DNA of 63,936 nt, the filler included, from an uncultured bacterium (GTDB taxonomy: Bacteria; Hinthialibacterota; Hinthialibacteria; Hinthialibacterales; Hinthialibacteraceae), in the NCBI GenBank assembly GCA_964449065.1. It is 4 parts of 4 records of this genome, joined end to end, with 100 filler letters (N's around TTAATTAATTAA, not from the genome) between each part and the next. Parts side by side here need not be neighbours in the genome. Positions count along the whole stretch, not along the records: positions 16,363 to 32,619 come from CAYVAZ010000090.1; positions 32,720 to 48,872 come from CAYVAZ010000091.1; 2 more parts are not named here. One strand, written 5' to 3'. The translations under genes and the position numbers were made by a program. The notes below the pieces were generated by a model. The model saw only the letters and a list, made by a program, of their open reading frames with translations, had not been told where the DNA came from and made no database searches. Positions 24,067 through 34,415 of this stretch are shown here, one piece after another (position 1 is the first letter of the stretch; the number at the start of each line of letters is the position of its first letter).

Positions 24067-25032
24067 TTAATTTATATCGGGTGCATCATTGGCCTCGATG
24101 AGTGCGGTCTTGATCTCTTCACCCCCGTTTTGCAGGATGGTTTCGGCAAGCCGCTTGCCTAGAGCGTGGGGTTTTTCGCTGTTTCCGTAGGTACTTTCGC
24201 GAATGAACTCTTTACCATTCAAGGTCGATATCATACCGGTTAACGCGAGGCAATTGCCGTATGGGCTGGCATACGCCGCCAACGGAATTTGGCAGCCTCC
24301 CTCCATCGCAGCCAAAAACGAGCGTTCCGCCCAAACGGCGGGGGCGATATGTTCATCATGAATCGCGGCTAATAGAGATTTGGTTTCCTCATCATCACAA
24401 CGGCATTCAATTGCCAGGGCGCCTTGCGCGGGCGGAGGCAGAATTTCTTGGGGAGAGAGAATATGCACCTTATCTTCCCACTCCATGCGAACCACTGCGG
24501 CATGAGCCATAATAAATCCATCCCACCCTGCTTCTTCATATTTTTTCAAACGCGTATTCACATTCCCGCGGATATCCACCACCTTGGCATCGGGTCTAAG
24601 ATGCAAAATTTGCGCCTTGCGCCGCAGGCTGCCGGTAGCGATGGTAGGGTTTTCGGGTAATTCGTTTATTGTTTTGGATGACGGTGAAAACAACGCGTCA
24701 AACGGTGAACTGCGTTCTGGAATACACGTTACCTCCAAGCCTTCCGGCAGCACTGTCGGCAAATCTTTAAAACTGTGCACCGCAAAGTCAATTTCTTCCC
24801 GCTGCATCGCTTCTTCAATTTCTTTGGTGAAGATGCCTTTGCCGCCCACCTGCACCAACGGTTTATCCAATATCCTATCACCGGAGGTAGTGATCTTAAC
24901 AATGTCTATTTTCGTTTCGGGATGCTTTTGTTTGAGAAGTACGGTTACCCGTTCCGCCTGCCACAAAGCGAGGGGACTGCTGCGGGTGCCCAATTTAAAT
25001 TCACGCTTTGGATTGATTTGGTTTGAATTCAT
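24067..25032 (-). CDS. hemC: Hydroxymethylbilane synthase
   Basis: GTRSSPLALWQ, GKGIFTKE, VHSFKD, GSLRR, RGNVNTR and GGCQIP. Confidence 0.97.
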   Translation of the reverse strand: MNSNQINPKREFKLGTRSSPLALWQAERVTVLLKQKHPETKIDIVKITTSGDRILDKPLVQVGGKGIFTKEIEEAMQREEIDFAVHSFKDLPTVLPEGLEVTCIPERSSPFDALFSPSSKTINELPENPTIATGSLRRKAQILHLRPDAKVVDIRGNVNTRLKKYEEAGWDGFIMAHAAVVRMEWEDKVHILSPQEILPPPAQGALAIECRCDDEETKSLLAAIHDEHIAPAVWAERSFLAAMEGGCQIPLAAYASPYGNCLALTGMISTLNGKEFIRESTYGNSEKPHALGKRLAETILQNGGEEIKTALIEANDAPDIN

Positions 25033-26405
25033 TCGGCCGGCGCTTGCTTGGATTGTAAATACTCATGAACCCGCATTGCGGTTTTCTTTCCGTTCGCGAT
25101 GCAATCATTGACGGATATTCCTTTGATAAAGTTACCCGTTATATACAATCCGGGCAACGCTTTGAGAGCATCATTCAATTGATTGAGTTTTTGCGCATGG
25201 CCGATGGGATATTGCGGGATCGCCCGTTCCCACCGGAAAACATGGCGAACCACCGGCTCTCCCTCAACGCCGACCGCATTCTTTAAATCCCGGTTGGCCA
25301 ATGCAATCATCTCTTCATCGCTTAAATCATAGGCTTCCGGGTCAAGTCCCCCGCCAAGAAAGACGGAAAACGCCCGTTCTCCGCCCGGTGCGCGGTTAGC
25401 AAACAAGCTGGAACCCCATATCGAACCGAGGATCCGGATATCCTGTTTGCGCGGCACCAAAAAGCCAAAGCCGTCGCAGGGGTGTTTTATCTGATCGCGT
25501 TTGTATCCCAATCCCAATACGGTGAGTTTGTTGTATGGAATCGATTGGAAATATGCTCCGGTTTCCGGAATTAAATCCTGAAGCAGATTCCCGGTTACAT
25601 CCGCCGGGGCGGTAAGCACCAGCGCGTCGCATTGCTCCTTCATCCAGCTGGATTCAATCTCCATGCCTTGAATATGCTTTTGAATACGGGTAATTGGGCA
25701 ATTCAGTTTTACAATATCCCGGTACGATTTGTAAAGCGCGTCTGGCAACGTTTGCATTCCGTTGATGAAAGAACAAATATTCTTTGACCGAGGTTTCGCC
25801 GGTTCTTTTTTGCGTTTCAACATTTTACCCAGCATGCCCTTGGTGATGCTGCCGTGCCGGCGTTCTAAATCATACAGCATTTCAAACGAAGCTTGGACAC
25901 TCAGTTGTTCAGGGTCAGCGGCATACACGCCCGATACAAACGGGGTGAACAAGTTGTGATAAATTTCATCCCCAAAACGCCTCTTTACAAAAGACGCGCA
26001 GCTTTCATCTTCTTTGCTGGTATTCGATGTCCGAAATACTTCGGCCAATAACCCGCGTTTTGCACTTGCTGATAGTAAGGGGGTTTTAACAAACGCGCCC
26101 GGCCCGGTCGGTACTTCACGCAAGGCGCCGTCAAAATAGATATAGCGTTTGTTGGTACGCATGGATTGTTTGAGAATTTGGTTTTCCAACTTCAAATCTT
26201 CGCAAAGTTCAAACACTTCCGGCGCGTTATCCAAAAACGAATTGGGGCCTTTTTCAAACAAATAGCCGTCGTGCTGCAAGGTTTGAATCACGCCGCCCGC
26301 GCGGTCAGCCGCTTCAAAAACAGTAACTTCATGTCCAAGAGATTTGAGCCAGTGTGCTGTGCTGATTCCGGAAATGCCTGCTCCGCCGATGATGACCTTT
26401 GCCAT
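25029..26405 (-). CDS. hemY: HemY-type FAD-dependent proto/coproporphyrinogen oxidase
   Basis: GAGISG, EKGPNSF, SGVYA, GFGFLVP and AIPQY. Confidence 0.92.
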   Translation of the reverse strand: MAKVIIGGAGISGISTAHWLKSLGHEVTVFEAADRAGGVIQTLQHDGYLFEKGPNSFLDNAPEVFELCEDLKLENQILKQSMRTNKRYIYFDGALREVPTGPGAFVKTPLLSASAKRGLLAEVFRTSNTSKEDESCASFVKRRFGDEIYHNLFTPFVSGVYAADPEQLSVQASFEMLYDLERRHGSITKGMLGKMLKRKKEPAKPRSKNICSFINGMQTLPDALYKSYRDIVKLNCPITRIQKHIQGMEIESSWMKEQCDALVLTAPADVTGNLLQDLIPETGAYFQSIPYNKLTVLGLGYKRDQIKHPCDGFGFLVPRKQDIRILGSIWGSSLFANRAPGGERAFSVFLGGGLDPEAYDLSDEEMIALANRDLKNAVGVEGEPVVRHVFRWERAIPQYPIGHAQKLNQLNDALKALPGLYITGNFIKGISVNDCIANGKKTAMRVHEYLQSKQAPAE

Positions 26406-26427
26406 GAGATGCGATCCAACTTGCTAG

Positions 26428-26529
26428 TACTCTGTCAATCAAAAAATAACGGCTGGCTATCCGTTGTTGCCCCCCTTGATAAGGGGGGTAGGGGGGATCG
26501 ATACCCGTCATTTAATCGTTAACATTGTA
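26428..26529. mobile_element. MITE family A inserted at the hemN stop codon
   Basis: Flanked by CTAG (26424-26427) and CTAA (26530-26533, containing the hemN TAG). Reverse-complement copy of 228-331. Confidence 0.75.
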
Positions 26530-27939
26530 CTAAAGTGTTTTTGAGTACGTAACCTTTTCCTGCCGTTCCTGCTTGGCTTTTTGCAGATAGTAATCAAACG
26601 CCATGGCAACCGGGCGGACAATGATTTGTCCCAGCTCGGTTACTTGAATGGAAGACGCAATATTCGGTTCAATTAACCCGTCAATAATAAAGGGCTTTAA
26701 CTGCGGTATCACGTCTTTGAAATATTCATGAAAATCGTAATGCCACGTTTCGCTGAAACGGTTTGTATCCACTTTGAGATTGCACATTAATTCCATAATC
26801 ACCCAGCGGCGGATGCGGTCATCTTCCGACAGTTCCATCCCGCGTTCGATGGGGAGGTGCCCTTCATCAATCGCCTTTTTGTATTGCCGCAGGTTCTTGA
26901 CGTTTTGAATATAGAGCGATGAGAGGCTGGTAATCGCAGAGGTTCCGAATGAGTATAAATCGGTACCGGCCTTGGTGGTAAAGCCCATAAAGTTCCGCTG
27001 CAGGGTGCCTTGTTTTAGTGCCAGGGTTAGTTCATCATCCGGTTTGGCGAAGTGATCCATCCCGATGTATTCATAACCATGATCAGAAAACCTCTGCACC
27101 GCCAATTTAAAGATGTTAAACCGTGTTTCCGGGCTGGGCAGCCAATCTTCTTCAATATGGCGCTGATGCGGTACCTTTGACGGCAAATGCGCGTAGTTGT
27201 ACAACGCAAGCCGGTCGGGATCAATATCGCAAATGATATCCGCGGTATGCTCAAAGGTGGTTGTGGTTTGATGAGGCAGGCCATACACCAGATCGATATT
27301 CACGCTTTGAAATCCGCGTTCACGGCTGTGGATCACCAAATCTTTGGTTTGCTGAATATCCTGTATCCGGTTGATGGCTTCTTGTGTCTTTTTGAAAAAG
27401 TCTTCCACACCAAATGAGATGCGGTTGAATTTATGCTTGGCCAAAACATCCAATTGTTCAACCGAGGTTACGCGCGGGTCTACTTCAATCGAAAGTTCCG
27501 CATCGGTGGCGATGGAAAACCGCTCGGCGGTATAACTCAACAGTTCATCCAAACTTTCGGGCGTGAGGTGTGTCGGAGTGCCGCCGCCCAGATGAAACTG
27601 AATGACTTGCCGCTCAGGATTGATATCACGCGCCACCATATCCATTTCACGCTTTAGATACTGCACATAATTATCGGATACCTGCTTGTGGGGAGTGATA
27701 ATCACATTGCAGGCGCAGTAATAGCACCGTTCCGCGCAAAAAGGGATGTGCATATACAACGCCAAGGGGTTGGATGAATCGCGGTTGGTTTCCGCGATAT
27801 GTTTGCGGTATTCCTCTTCTCCCACATCCACCGTCCATTCCGGGGCAGTGGGGTAGCTGGTGTAGCGCGGGCCGCGCAGGGTATATTTTTCAATCAGCTC
27901 GCGGTCAATGACCGGGGCTTTCACTTCTGCTGTATTCAT
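26530..27939 (-). CDS. hemN: Oxygen-independent coproporphyrinogen III oxidase
   Basis: GPRYTSYPTA, HIPFCAERCYYCAC, GGGTPT, IGMDHFA and RNFMGF. Confidence 0.96.
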   Translation of the reverse strand: MNTAEVKAPVIDRELIEKYTLRGPRYTSYPTAPEWTVDVGEEEYRKHIAETNRDSSNPLALYMHIPFCAERCYYCACNVIITPHKQVSDNYVQYLKREMDMVARDINPERQVIQFHLGGGTPTHLTPESLDELLSYTAERFSIATDAELSIEVDPRVTSVEQLDVLAKHKFNRISFGVEDFFKKTQEAINRIQDIQQTKDLVIHSRERGFQSVNIDLVYGLPHQTTTTFEHTADIICDIDPDRLALYNYAHLPSKVPHQRHIEEDWLPSPETRFNIFKLAVQRFSDHGYEYIGMDHFAKPDDELTLALKQGTLQRNFMGFTTKAGTDLYSFGTSAITSLSSLYIQNVKNLRQYKKAIDEGHLPIERGMELSEDDRIRRWVIMELMCNLKVDTNRFSETWHYDFHEYFKDVIPQLKPFIIDGLIEPNIASSIQVTELGQIIVRPVAMAFDYYLQKAKQERQEKVTYSKTL

Positions 27940-28978
27940 AGGCTTGAACCGTTTCAACCAATGCTTTTACGGATTCTACCGGCGTGCCGGGAAGAATCCC
28001 GTGACCCAGGTTAAAGATCAATCCGGTCTTGCAGGTTTGTTTGTCTAAAATGTCTTGCGTCTTCTTGATGACAACGTCAGGCGGCGCAAACAACGCTGTA
28101 GGATCCAGATTGCCTTGCAATGTGACCTCATCTCCAACAATCTCACGCACCAAGGCCAAATCCAAGCGCCAATCCACGCTTAATACCGATGCGCCGCTTT
28201 CTTTCATCTCGCGCAGTACCGGCGTTGATCCGTTCACATACAAGATAACCGGTGTTCCTTCCGCTTGAATGGTGGAGATGATCTTTTGCTGGTAGGGCAA
28301 AGCGAAGGCGCGGTAATCATCCAGACTGAGTGTTCCCGCCCATGAATCGAATATCTGCACGGCGGCGGCGCCCGCTTGGATTTGAACACGTAAATAGTCG
28401 ATGACAGTGTTGGTTATTGTTTCTAACAGCGAATGCAGCAAACCGGGTTCCGCGTACAGCATGGTTTTTACATACTGCATGTTCTTGCTCAAAACGCCTT
28501 CCACCATATATGAAGCCATGGTGAAGGGCGCCCCCGCAAAACCGAGCACCGGCGCGTCTTCACCGGCACGGTTACGGATTTCAGCAATGGAGTTATAGAC
28601 ATCCGGGGTGGAATCAAACCGCGCTTCCGTGATTTTGGCGGCGTCTTCTTTGCTGCGTACCGGCGGCATCACGGCCGGGCCTTTGTCGGTAAATTCCACC
28701 GTCAGTCCCATGTGTTGAAAGGGGATTAAAATGTCATTGAAGACAATAATGGCATCCATGTTAAACTGGTCAAACGGCTGCAGCGATACATCCGCCGCCA
28801 CACCGGCCTGATTGCACATTTCATGAAAAGTATATTGCTCGCGCACCTTTTGATACGAGGGCAAATACCGTCCCGCCTGGCGCATCAGCCACACTGGAGG
28901 CCTATCAATGGGTTGGCGTTGAACGGCACCCAAAAAACGTTCTTTTTTGGTAAGAGTGGATTGTTCGGTTACGGTCAT
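27905..28978 (-). CDS. hemE: Uroporphyrinogen decarboxylase
   Basis: PVWLMRQAGRYLP, GFAGAPFT, QIFDSW, QGNLDP and NLGHG. Confidence 0.97.
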   Translation of the reverse strand: MTVTEQSTLTKKERFLGAVQRQPIDRPPVWLMRQAGRYLPSYQKVREQYTFHEMCNQAGVAADVSLQPFDQFNMDAIIVFNDILIPFQHMGLTVEFTDKGPAVMPPVRSKEDAAKITEARFDSTPDVYNSIAEIRNRAGEDAPVLGFAGAPFTMASYMVEGVLSKNMQYVKTMLYAEPGLLHSLLETITNTVIDYLRVQIQAGAAAVQIFDSWAGTLSLDDYRAFALPYQQKIISTIQAEGTPVILYVNGSTPVLREMKESGASVLSVDWRLDLALVREIVGDEVTLQGNLDPTALFAPPDVVIKKTQDILDKQTCKTGLIFNLGHGILPGTPVESVKALVETVQAYEYSRSESPGH

Positions 28979-30303
28979 ATTTCTGTTTCTGATTCGGCGG
29001 TCATTTTTTGTTGGCTGCATCCCTTAAACACTTCATCCAATATTTCCACCGATTCGGGGGATAGTTTGCCGTTGGCGGCTTCGCGCAGCATGCGGCGCGG
29101 GGTCAGCACCAAGCGTTCCGCGATCCGGCTGACTTTTTGAATAATCAAATCGCGTTCGGCAATGGACAAGTGAGAAAGAGTTTCAAACAAATCGTTGGTT
29201 TCTTCTTCCAGCACGTTGCAGGCATATTCGCCCATTTCCGCGGCGATGCTGTCGATCTGCAAAATCATCGGCCACGTACCCAACGCTTGAATTTCATGAA
29301 GTAAAATCGCTTCCGCTTTCTTCATCGAAGCCGAGCGCTGCGATTGGTTTTCATCGGCCAGCGCGCGTAAATCATCCAACCCGACTACGGTTGAATGTTC
29401 GCTGGCAATTTGCGGGTCGATATCCGGCGGCATCGAAATATCGATAAACAAACGGGGCTTTGTATTCATACGATGGGCTTGCTCAACATGATCTTTCGTG
29501 ACCACAAATTCAGCGGCAGAAGTGGCGGATATCACAACATCGGCATCCCCTAAAACGTCATGCAACTGATCAAGAGGGGCGATGTCAATGCCGAATTCAT
29601 CCGCAAACGGTTGGCATTTGGATACGGTCCGGTTAACCATCGTGATTTTTTTCCACGATTGATCTTGCAGATACTTGATGCACAACGCCCCCATTTTTCC
29701 GGCACCGATGACGGCAACCGAAGCGGTTGAGCAATCCAATACTTGGCGGCGGATGTAATCTACCGCCAACGCGCTGATCGATACCCGGCCTTTGCCCAAA
29801 CCGGTCTGTGTACGGATTTTCTTGGCAACCGCAAACGATTTTTGGAACAACGTATGCAGTGTTTTGCCCACTGTGCCGTTATCAACCGCTTCGTTATACG
29901 CTTGTTTTACCTGTCCCAAAATTTGCGCGTCACCGATGACCAATGATTCCAAGCTGGAAACCAAATGAAACAGGTGCGAGACCGCTTCATCGTTCACAAA
30001 AAACTGGGATTGATGTTTGATTTCGGCATACGTGTGTTCCAAATAATTGGAAAGGTGCTTGAGGATGGCATGTTGTGCTTGACTGATATCGCTGCACGCA
30101 ATCACAAATTCCAACCGGTTGCATGTCGCAATCGGAACGATTTCTTGAATGCTCTCTTCTTCCACAAACGATGGAATTAGTTCATCGATAACCGGTTTGA
30201 TCGTCGAGATTTTCCCCAAAGAATTGAGCGGGCATGACTTGTGATTTAAGGAAAAAATGGTGAGCTGTTGTGTTATGTTTTGCTTGCTTAACATCTGATA
30301 CAC
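28975..30303 (-). CDS. hemA: Glutamyl-tRNA reductase (divergent)
   Basis: TCNRLE, QILGQVK, VSISALAV and GAGKMG. Confidence 0.9.
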   Translation of the reverse strand: MYQMLSKQNITQQLTIFSLNHKSCPLNSLGKISTIKPVIDELIPSFVEEESIQEIVPIATCNRLEFVIACSDISQAQHAILKHLSNYLEHTYAEIKHQSQFFVNDEAVSHLFHLVSSLESLVIGDAQILGQVKQAYNEAVDNGTVGKTLHTLFQKSFAVAKKIRTQTGLGKGRVSISALAVDYIRRQVLDCSTASVAVIGAGKMGALCIKYLQDQSWKKITMVNRTVSKCQPFADEFGIDIAPLDQLHDVLGDADVVISATSAAEFVVTKDHVEQAHRMNTKPRLFIDISMPPDIDPQIASEHSTVVGLDDLRALADENQSQRSASMKKAEAILLHEIQALGTWPMILQIDSIAAEMGEYACNVLEEETNDLFETLSHLSIAERDLIIQKVSRIAERLVLTPRRMLREAANGKLSPESVEILDEVFKGCSQQKMTAESETEI

Positions 30304-30766
30304 CTAACATCCAAATGTTTAATTTAAGTTCTTAATTCTCAGTACTTTATATCATCGCAAGAACTATGCAAACTTTTCTGATTCCCGGTGAATTGTTACT
30401 GAATTTATAAGCTATAGAAATTAAGATACTTATAGCAATGTTGGATGCAACGGTATTTCCGCCCTTTGCGCTGACACTATGGCAGAATGGCTGCCCGTTA
30501 TGGCATCCTTGCAATTTAGTTGACATAGGAAAGAATTTAGAGCCTTTCAGAGTTGAATAGCCGGGTAGCATCGGCTTCCAGCCGGTACATGTATGTACAC
30601 GTTGTACCTCTACGTAAACCTGAATTGCCCTAATGTAGATTTTAGCATGGAAAAGAAATTTCAGTAAATAGAATATTGCATAATCCGGTGTGCTTCGCGA
30701 GCCACTCTCATCCATCATCGTGACAGCGCCCGAAGGCAAGCGGATAAGATAATCAAAAATTTGTGG

Positions 30767-30970
30767 TGTTGCCTTTGTTCCCCCCTTGTTTAAGGGGGGC
30801 TAGGGGGGATCGAAGCACGCTTCCAACTACGCAAAATCCCCTGGAGCCTGCGGCTCCACCCCCTTCTGCAAGGGGGTTTTGGCACTGCGCTAACGCTTGT
30901 GAATGACTGATCCCATCCATTTCATGTGGATGAGTAAGTTTTCCCCCATCATAACAGCCTTGATGGACTA
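30767..30970 (-). repeat. Copy of the long family A MITE
   Basis: Reverse-complement homolog of 1549-1748, ending TTGATGGACTA followed by CCAG. Confidence 0.75.
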
Positions 30971-31137
30971 CCAGTCACCAAAATGCTTGCCATTAATAAA
31001 GGATGTTTTTTGTTGATGCGCATTTATGAATAGAAGCCAAGAAGATAAAATCTTTATCACCAATATTCAAACAGTCTTTAAGTCATAAACATTCGTGTAC
31101 AATCGCGGTGAAAAACTTTGTCCTAAAGGAATAAATT

Positions 31138-31653
31138 GTGGACCCGAATCTGGAACAAAAAATCTATGCCATCGAACGCCCCAGCCAAAAACTGTTGGCA
31201 GTGTATTTCTTGCAAAGCCTGATGGCGTTGCTGGCTTTCCCTTTCGTCTTTGTCCCTTTATGGTTTAAGTTTCTTACCCTCAAATACAAATTTGATGACG
31301 AAGGCGTTAATGCTTCGTGGGGTCTCATCTGGAAGCGCCAAGTTTTTTTAACCTACGGACGCATTCAAGACATCCACGTCAGCAGAGGCTTGATTGAACG
31401 CTGGTTCAACTTAGCTTCCGTAGACATTCAAACCGCATCCGGCAGCGCCGCTGCCGAACTGTCTATCGTCGGCCTGCATGAATACGATGAAATCCGCGAT
31501 TTTCTTTATTCCAAAATGCGCGGATTCAAATCGGATAGCGGTACGTCATCTGAAACAGATCAAAGCAGTGAAGATAGCGAAGCGCTAACCCTGCTGCGTG
31601 ACATCCGTGATGAAATCAAGAAACTCAATCAACCGGGGACGCGTTATGTATGA
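31138..31653 (+). CDS. Bacterial PH (bPH_2) domain membrane protein
   Basis: TM hairpin, then YGRIQDIHVSRGLIERWFNLASVDIQTASG. Confidence 0.88.
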   Translation: MDPNLEQKIYAIERPSQKLLAVYFLQSLMALLAFPFVFVPLWFKFLTLKYKFDDEGVNASWGLIWKRQVFLTYGRIQDIHVSRGLIERWFNLASVDIQTASGSAAAELSIVGLHEYDEIRDFLYSKMRGFKSDSGTSSETDQSSEDSEALTLLRDIRDEIKKLNQPGTRYV

Positions 31654-32380
31654 GAGTGTAAAAGGGATACTGCTTGATCTGTTAAAGGCTCCGCATGAGC
31701 CGCCCGAAGCCCCGCGCGGTTCGCACAGCAGCCTGCAAATTTTCCGCGCCTCACCGAAGTTCTTGCAATATCAACTGCTATGGCTGGCTATGGCGTTAAG
31801 CGTTTTTGGATTGATCTTTCTCATTGTCGGCATTGTGGTTCTTACACAAGACCCACTTATGGGATTATTGTTGTTCGTACTCTTTTTTCTTCTCTGGATT
31901 CTGATCGCAATCGTAGGCTATGTGACTGTCCGGTTGGAATACGAACTGCGCTACTACATACTCACCGACCGCAGTTTACGCCTTCGGAAAGGGGTTTGGT
32001 CGATCCTAGAGCAAACCCTCACCTATATCAATGTCCAAAACATCAAAGTCACACAGGGGCCGGTTGAACGCTTTTTTGGGATATCCAATCTATCGGTCGA
32101 AACCGCCGGCGGTGGGGGAGTTGCCAGCTCAGAAGAAGGCGAAGGATCGCAAAACTATCACCGCGCGGTGCTGCGGGGATTGGATAACGCCGAAGAAATC
32201 AAATCGCTGATGATGAACTATCTGCGAACGTTGCCGCAATACTCCGGCTTGGGTGACCCGGATGAGCAAAAACGGGCGAAACGGGGATTTTCAAAAGCCG
32301 AAATCGAAATGCTGCGCGAAATTTTACAAGAACTGCGGGCGAAAAACGCAGGACAATCGCCCAGCCAACCCATGGCATAA
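31646..32380 (+). CDS. Bacterial PH (bPH_2) domain membrane protein
   Basis: Two TM helices, then NVQNIKVTQGPVERFFGISNLSVETAGG. Overlaps the previous gene. Confidence 0.88.
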   Translation: MYESVKGILLDLLKAPHEPPEAPRGSHSSLQIFRASPKFLQYQLLWLAMALSVFGLIFLIVGIVVLTQDPLMGLLLFVLFFLLWILIAIVGYVTVRLEYELRYYILTDRSLRLRKGVWSILEQTLTYINVQNIKVTQGPVERFFGISNLSVETAGGGGVASSEEGEGSQNYHRAVLRGLDNAEEIKSLMMNYLRTLPQYSGLGDPDEQKRAKRGFSKAEIEMLREILQELRAKNAGQSPSQPMA

Positions 32381-32463
32381 CCCTTCATTCCAGGTGACGA
32401 TCCGCCAAAATTAAGATACATTTTAATGAATATACCGGAACGCTTTGGATATTGGCCGATAGG

Positions 32464-32512
32464 GGCAGCACCCGCTTCGAGCCGGTCGGGGTAACTTCGG
32501 CTTCCAGCCGGT
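32464..32512 (+). repeat. Tandem REP-like repeats
   Basis: Two copies related to GGTAGCATCGGCTTCCAGCCGGT. Confidence 0.6.
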
Positions 32513-32619
32513 TGGGTTAAACCTGTTCGCGAAAACCCATCAGTTGTGTGTACATTACGCTTTAATGTTACGCAATCCATGATTGACGATTGCTTGAAAA
32601 ATGGTTTTTGTTGTGAGCC

Positions 32620-32719
32620 NNNNNNNNNNNNNNNNNNNNNNNNNNNNNNNNNNNNNNNNNNNNTTAATTAATTAANNNNNNNNNNNNNNNNNNNNNNNNN
32701 NNNNNNNNNNNNNNNNNNN
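32620..32719. other. Artificial contig linker
   Basis: N-TTAATTAATTAA-N, 100 bp. Confidence 0.97.
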
Positions 32720-33057
32720 GCCAGCAGCACCCGCCGTTGTTGCCCCCCTTATTAAGGGGGGTAGGGGGGATTCAAGAATCAACGCAGCCCACCCATTCTC
32801 GAAACAAGCCCTGGGAACGCAAGGCTCCCGCCGAGCCAGCGGCACACTTTCCTCCCCCGATAATCCAAAATAAAACCAGTATAAAACTCTAAGACCTGGA
32901 AATGCCCCCTCGTCATTCGCATGAATTCGCGTTCATTCGCGGTTGAAAAATATGGTGCAGTCTCTCAGCCTGCAAAAGCATTTGGGTAAGATGTCCAACG
33001 CAAGGAGAACAGAGGGGGAATGCATCCACCTACCATCATTTTTTGATTGACAGACTA
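32720..33057. repeat. Cluster of nested MITE and REP modules at a contig end
   Basis: CCCCCTTATTAAGGGGG palindrome, homolog of 3409-3546, degenerate copy of the 75-bp module, and family A right end TTGACAGACTA. Confidence 0.7.
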
Positions 33058-33074
33058 CCAGCCCAAAAGTCAAT

Positions 33075-34415
33075 TTAAAGGTTGGGTGATATCAACCGCG
33101 GCAGCCACAGGATCACATGTTCCGGTAAGTACGTAATAACAAATAACGAAACAATCATCGCGGCATAAAACGGCAGCATGGGTCTGACCAGCTTGGTGAT
33201 GGTTGTTCCTCCAACACCGCAACCGACAAACAAAACCGTCCCCACCGGCGGCGTACACAACCCAATACACAAATTCACGATCATGATAAGACCGAAATGA
33301 ATCGGGTGCATCCCCAAAGTCGTCACCGCGATTTGGCTGAAGATCGGCGTGAAGATCAGCACCGCCGGCGTCATATCCATAAAGGTGCCGACAAAAAGCA
33401 GCATCAAATTGATGATAAGCAGTAAGAGAATTTTGTTGTCGGTAAGTTCCAAAAGACCGCTGCTGACCAAATACGGCAAATCAAGCCGCACCATCAAATT
33501 GCCCATCGCTTTGCTGGTGGCAATTAACAAAAAGATGAACGCGGTAGTAACAGCGGTCTTCTTGAGGATGTCATACAAATCGAGCCAGCCCACACTGCGG
33601 TAAACGATCATCGCCAAAAGAAGCGAATACAACACCGCCGCCGCGCCGGCCTGCGTCGCGGTAAAGATGCCGCAAATAATGCCCCCCAGCACAATCACCA
33701 TCAACAGCATTCCGGGCAGCGCCCGCCCCAGCCGTATCCATGATTCGTTCCAAGCGATCACTCCAACAGGCAAGACCCCTGATTGAATCGCATACACCGC
33801 GGCTGCGAGCATAAGTCCCACACCAATGATGATACCGGGCAAAAAGCCTCCCATGAACATGGCGGCCACATCGACGGAATAACCCCCCGCGTCTCCCCAC
33901 GCGACCGCGTAGACAATCATGATATTCGATGGTGGAATGACGAGTCCAAGTGTTGCCGCGGACAGCGTTAGCGCCGTGCTGAACTCACGCGGATAGCCCT
34001 GCCGCCGCATTTCCGGAATCATAAACGAGCCGATGGAACTGGTCGCAGCGGTCGCCGAACCGGAGATCGCGCCGAAGAGCATACACGCCATAACGTTGGC
34101 ATAACACAACCCGCCTTTTAGTCTTCCAAAAAGCACGTCCGCGAAATCGACCAGGCGGCGCGCGATGCCCCCCTGCCCCATCAAGAGCCCGGACAACACA
34201 AACATGCGTGTCGCCAATAGCGCGTAAGAATCGATACCATGCCACATATCTTTTGAAACTTGCGTCAGCGTCTGCATCAGGGGACGGTCCGACCACAGAC
34301 ATAAATACGAAAGCACGGTGGAAATGCCGATGGCAAACGCAATTGGAACATGATGCAGCACCAAAATCACGAAGGCGGCGATCAGAACGATAATGGCAAG
34401 CGTTTCGGGGATCAT
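33075..34415 (-). CDS. dctM: TRAP transporter large permease
   Basis: FGAISGSA, VIPPS, GFLPG and GLCTPPVG. Many TM helices. Confidence 0.93.
   Translation of the reverse strand: MIPETLAIIVLIAAFVILVLHHVPIAFAIGISTVLSYLCLWSDRPLMQTLTQVSKDMWHGIDSYALLATRMFVLSGLLMGQGGIARRLVDFADVLFGRLKGGLCYANVMACMLFGAISGSATAATSSIGSFMIPEMRRQGYPREFSTALTLSAATLGLVIPPSNIMIVYAVAWGDAGGYSVDVAAMFMGGFLPGIIIGVGLMLAAAVYAIQSGVLPVGVIAWNESWIRLGRALPGMLLMVIVLGGIICGIFTATQAGAAAVLYSLLLAMIVYRSVGWLDLYDILKKTAVTTAFIFLLIATSKAMGNLMVRLDLPYLVSSGLLELTDNKILLLLIINLMLLFVGTFMDMTPAVLIFTPIFSQIAVTTLGMHPIHFGLIMIVNLCIGLCTPPVGTVLFVGCGVGGTTITKLVRPMLPFYAAMIVSLFVITYLPEHVILWLPRLISPNL

Noticed and set aside
30347..30739. 130-aa ORF upstream of hemA
   Set aside because: It runs through REP-like repeats and AT-rich promoter DNA, with no motif or RBS.
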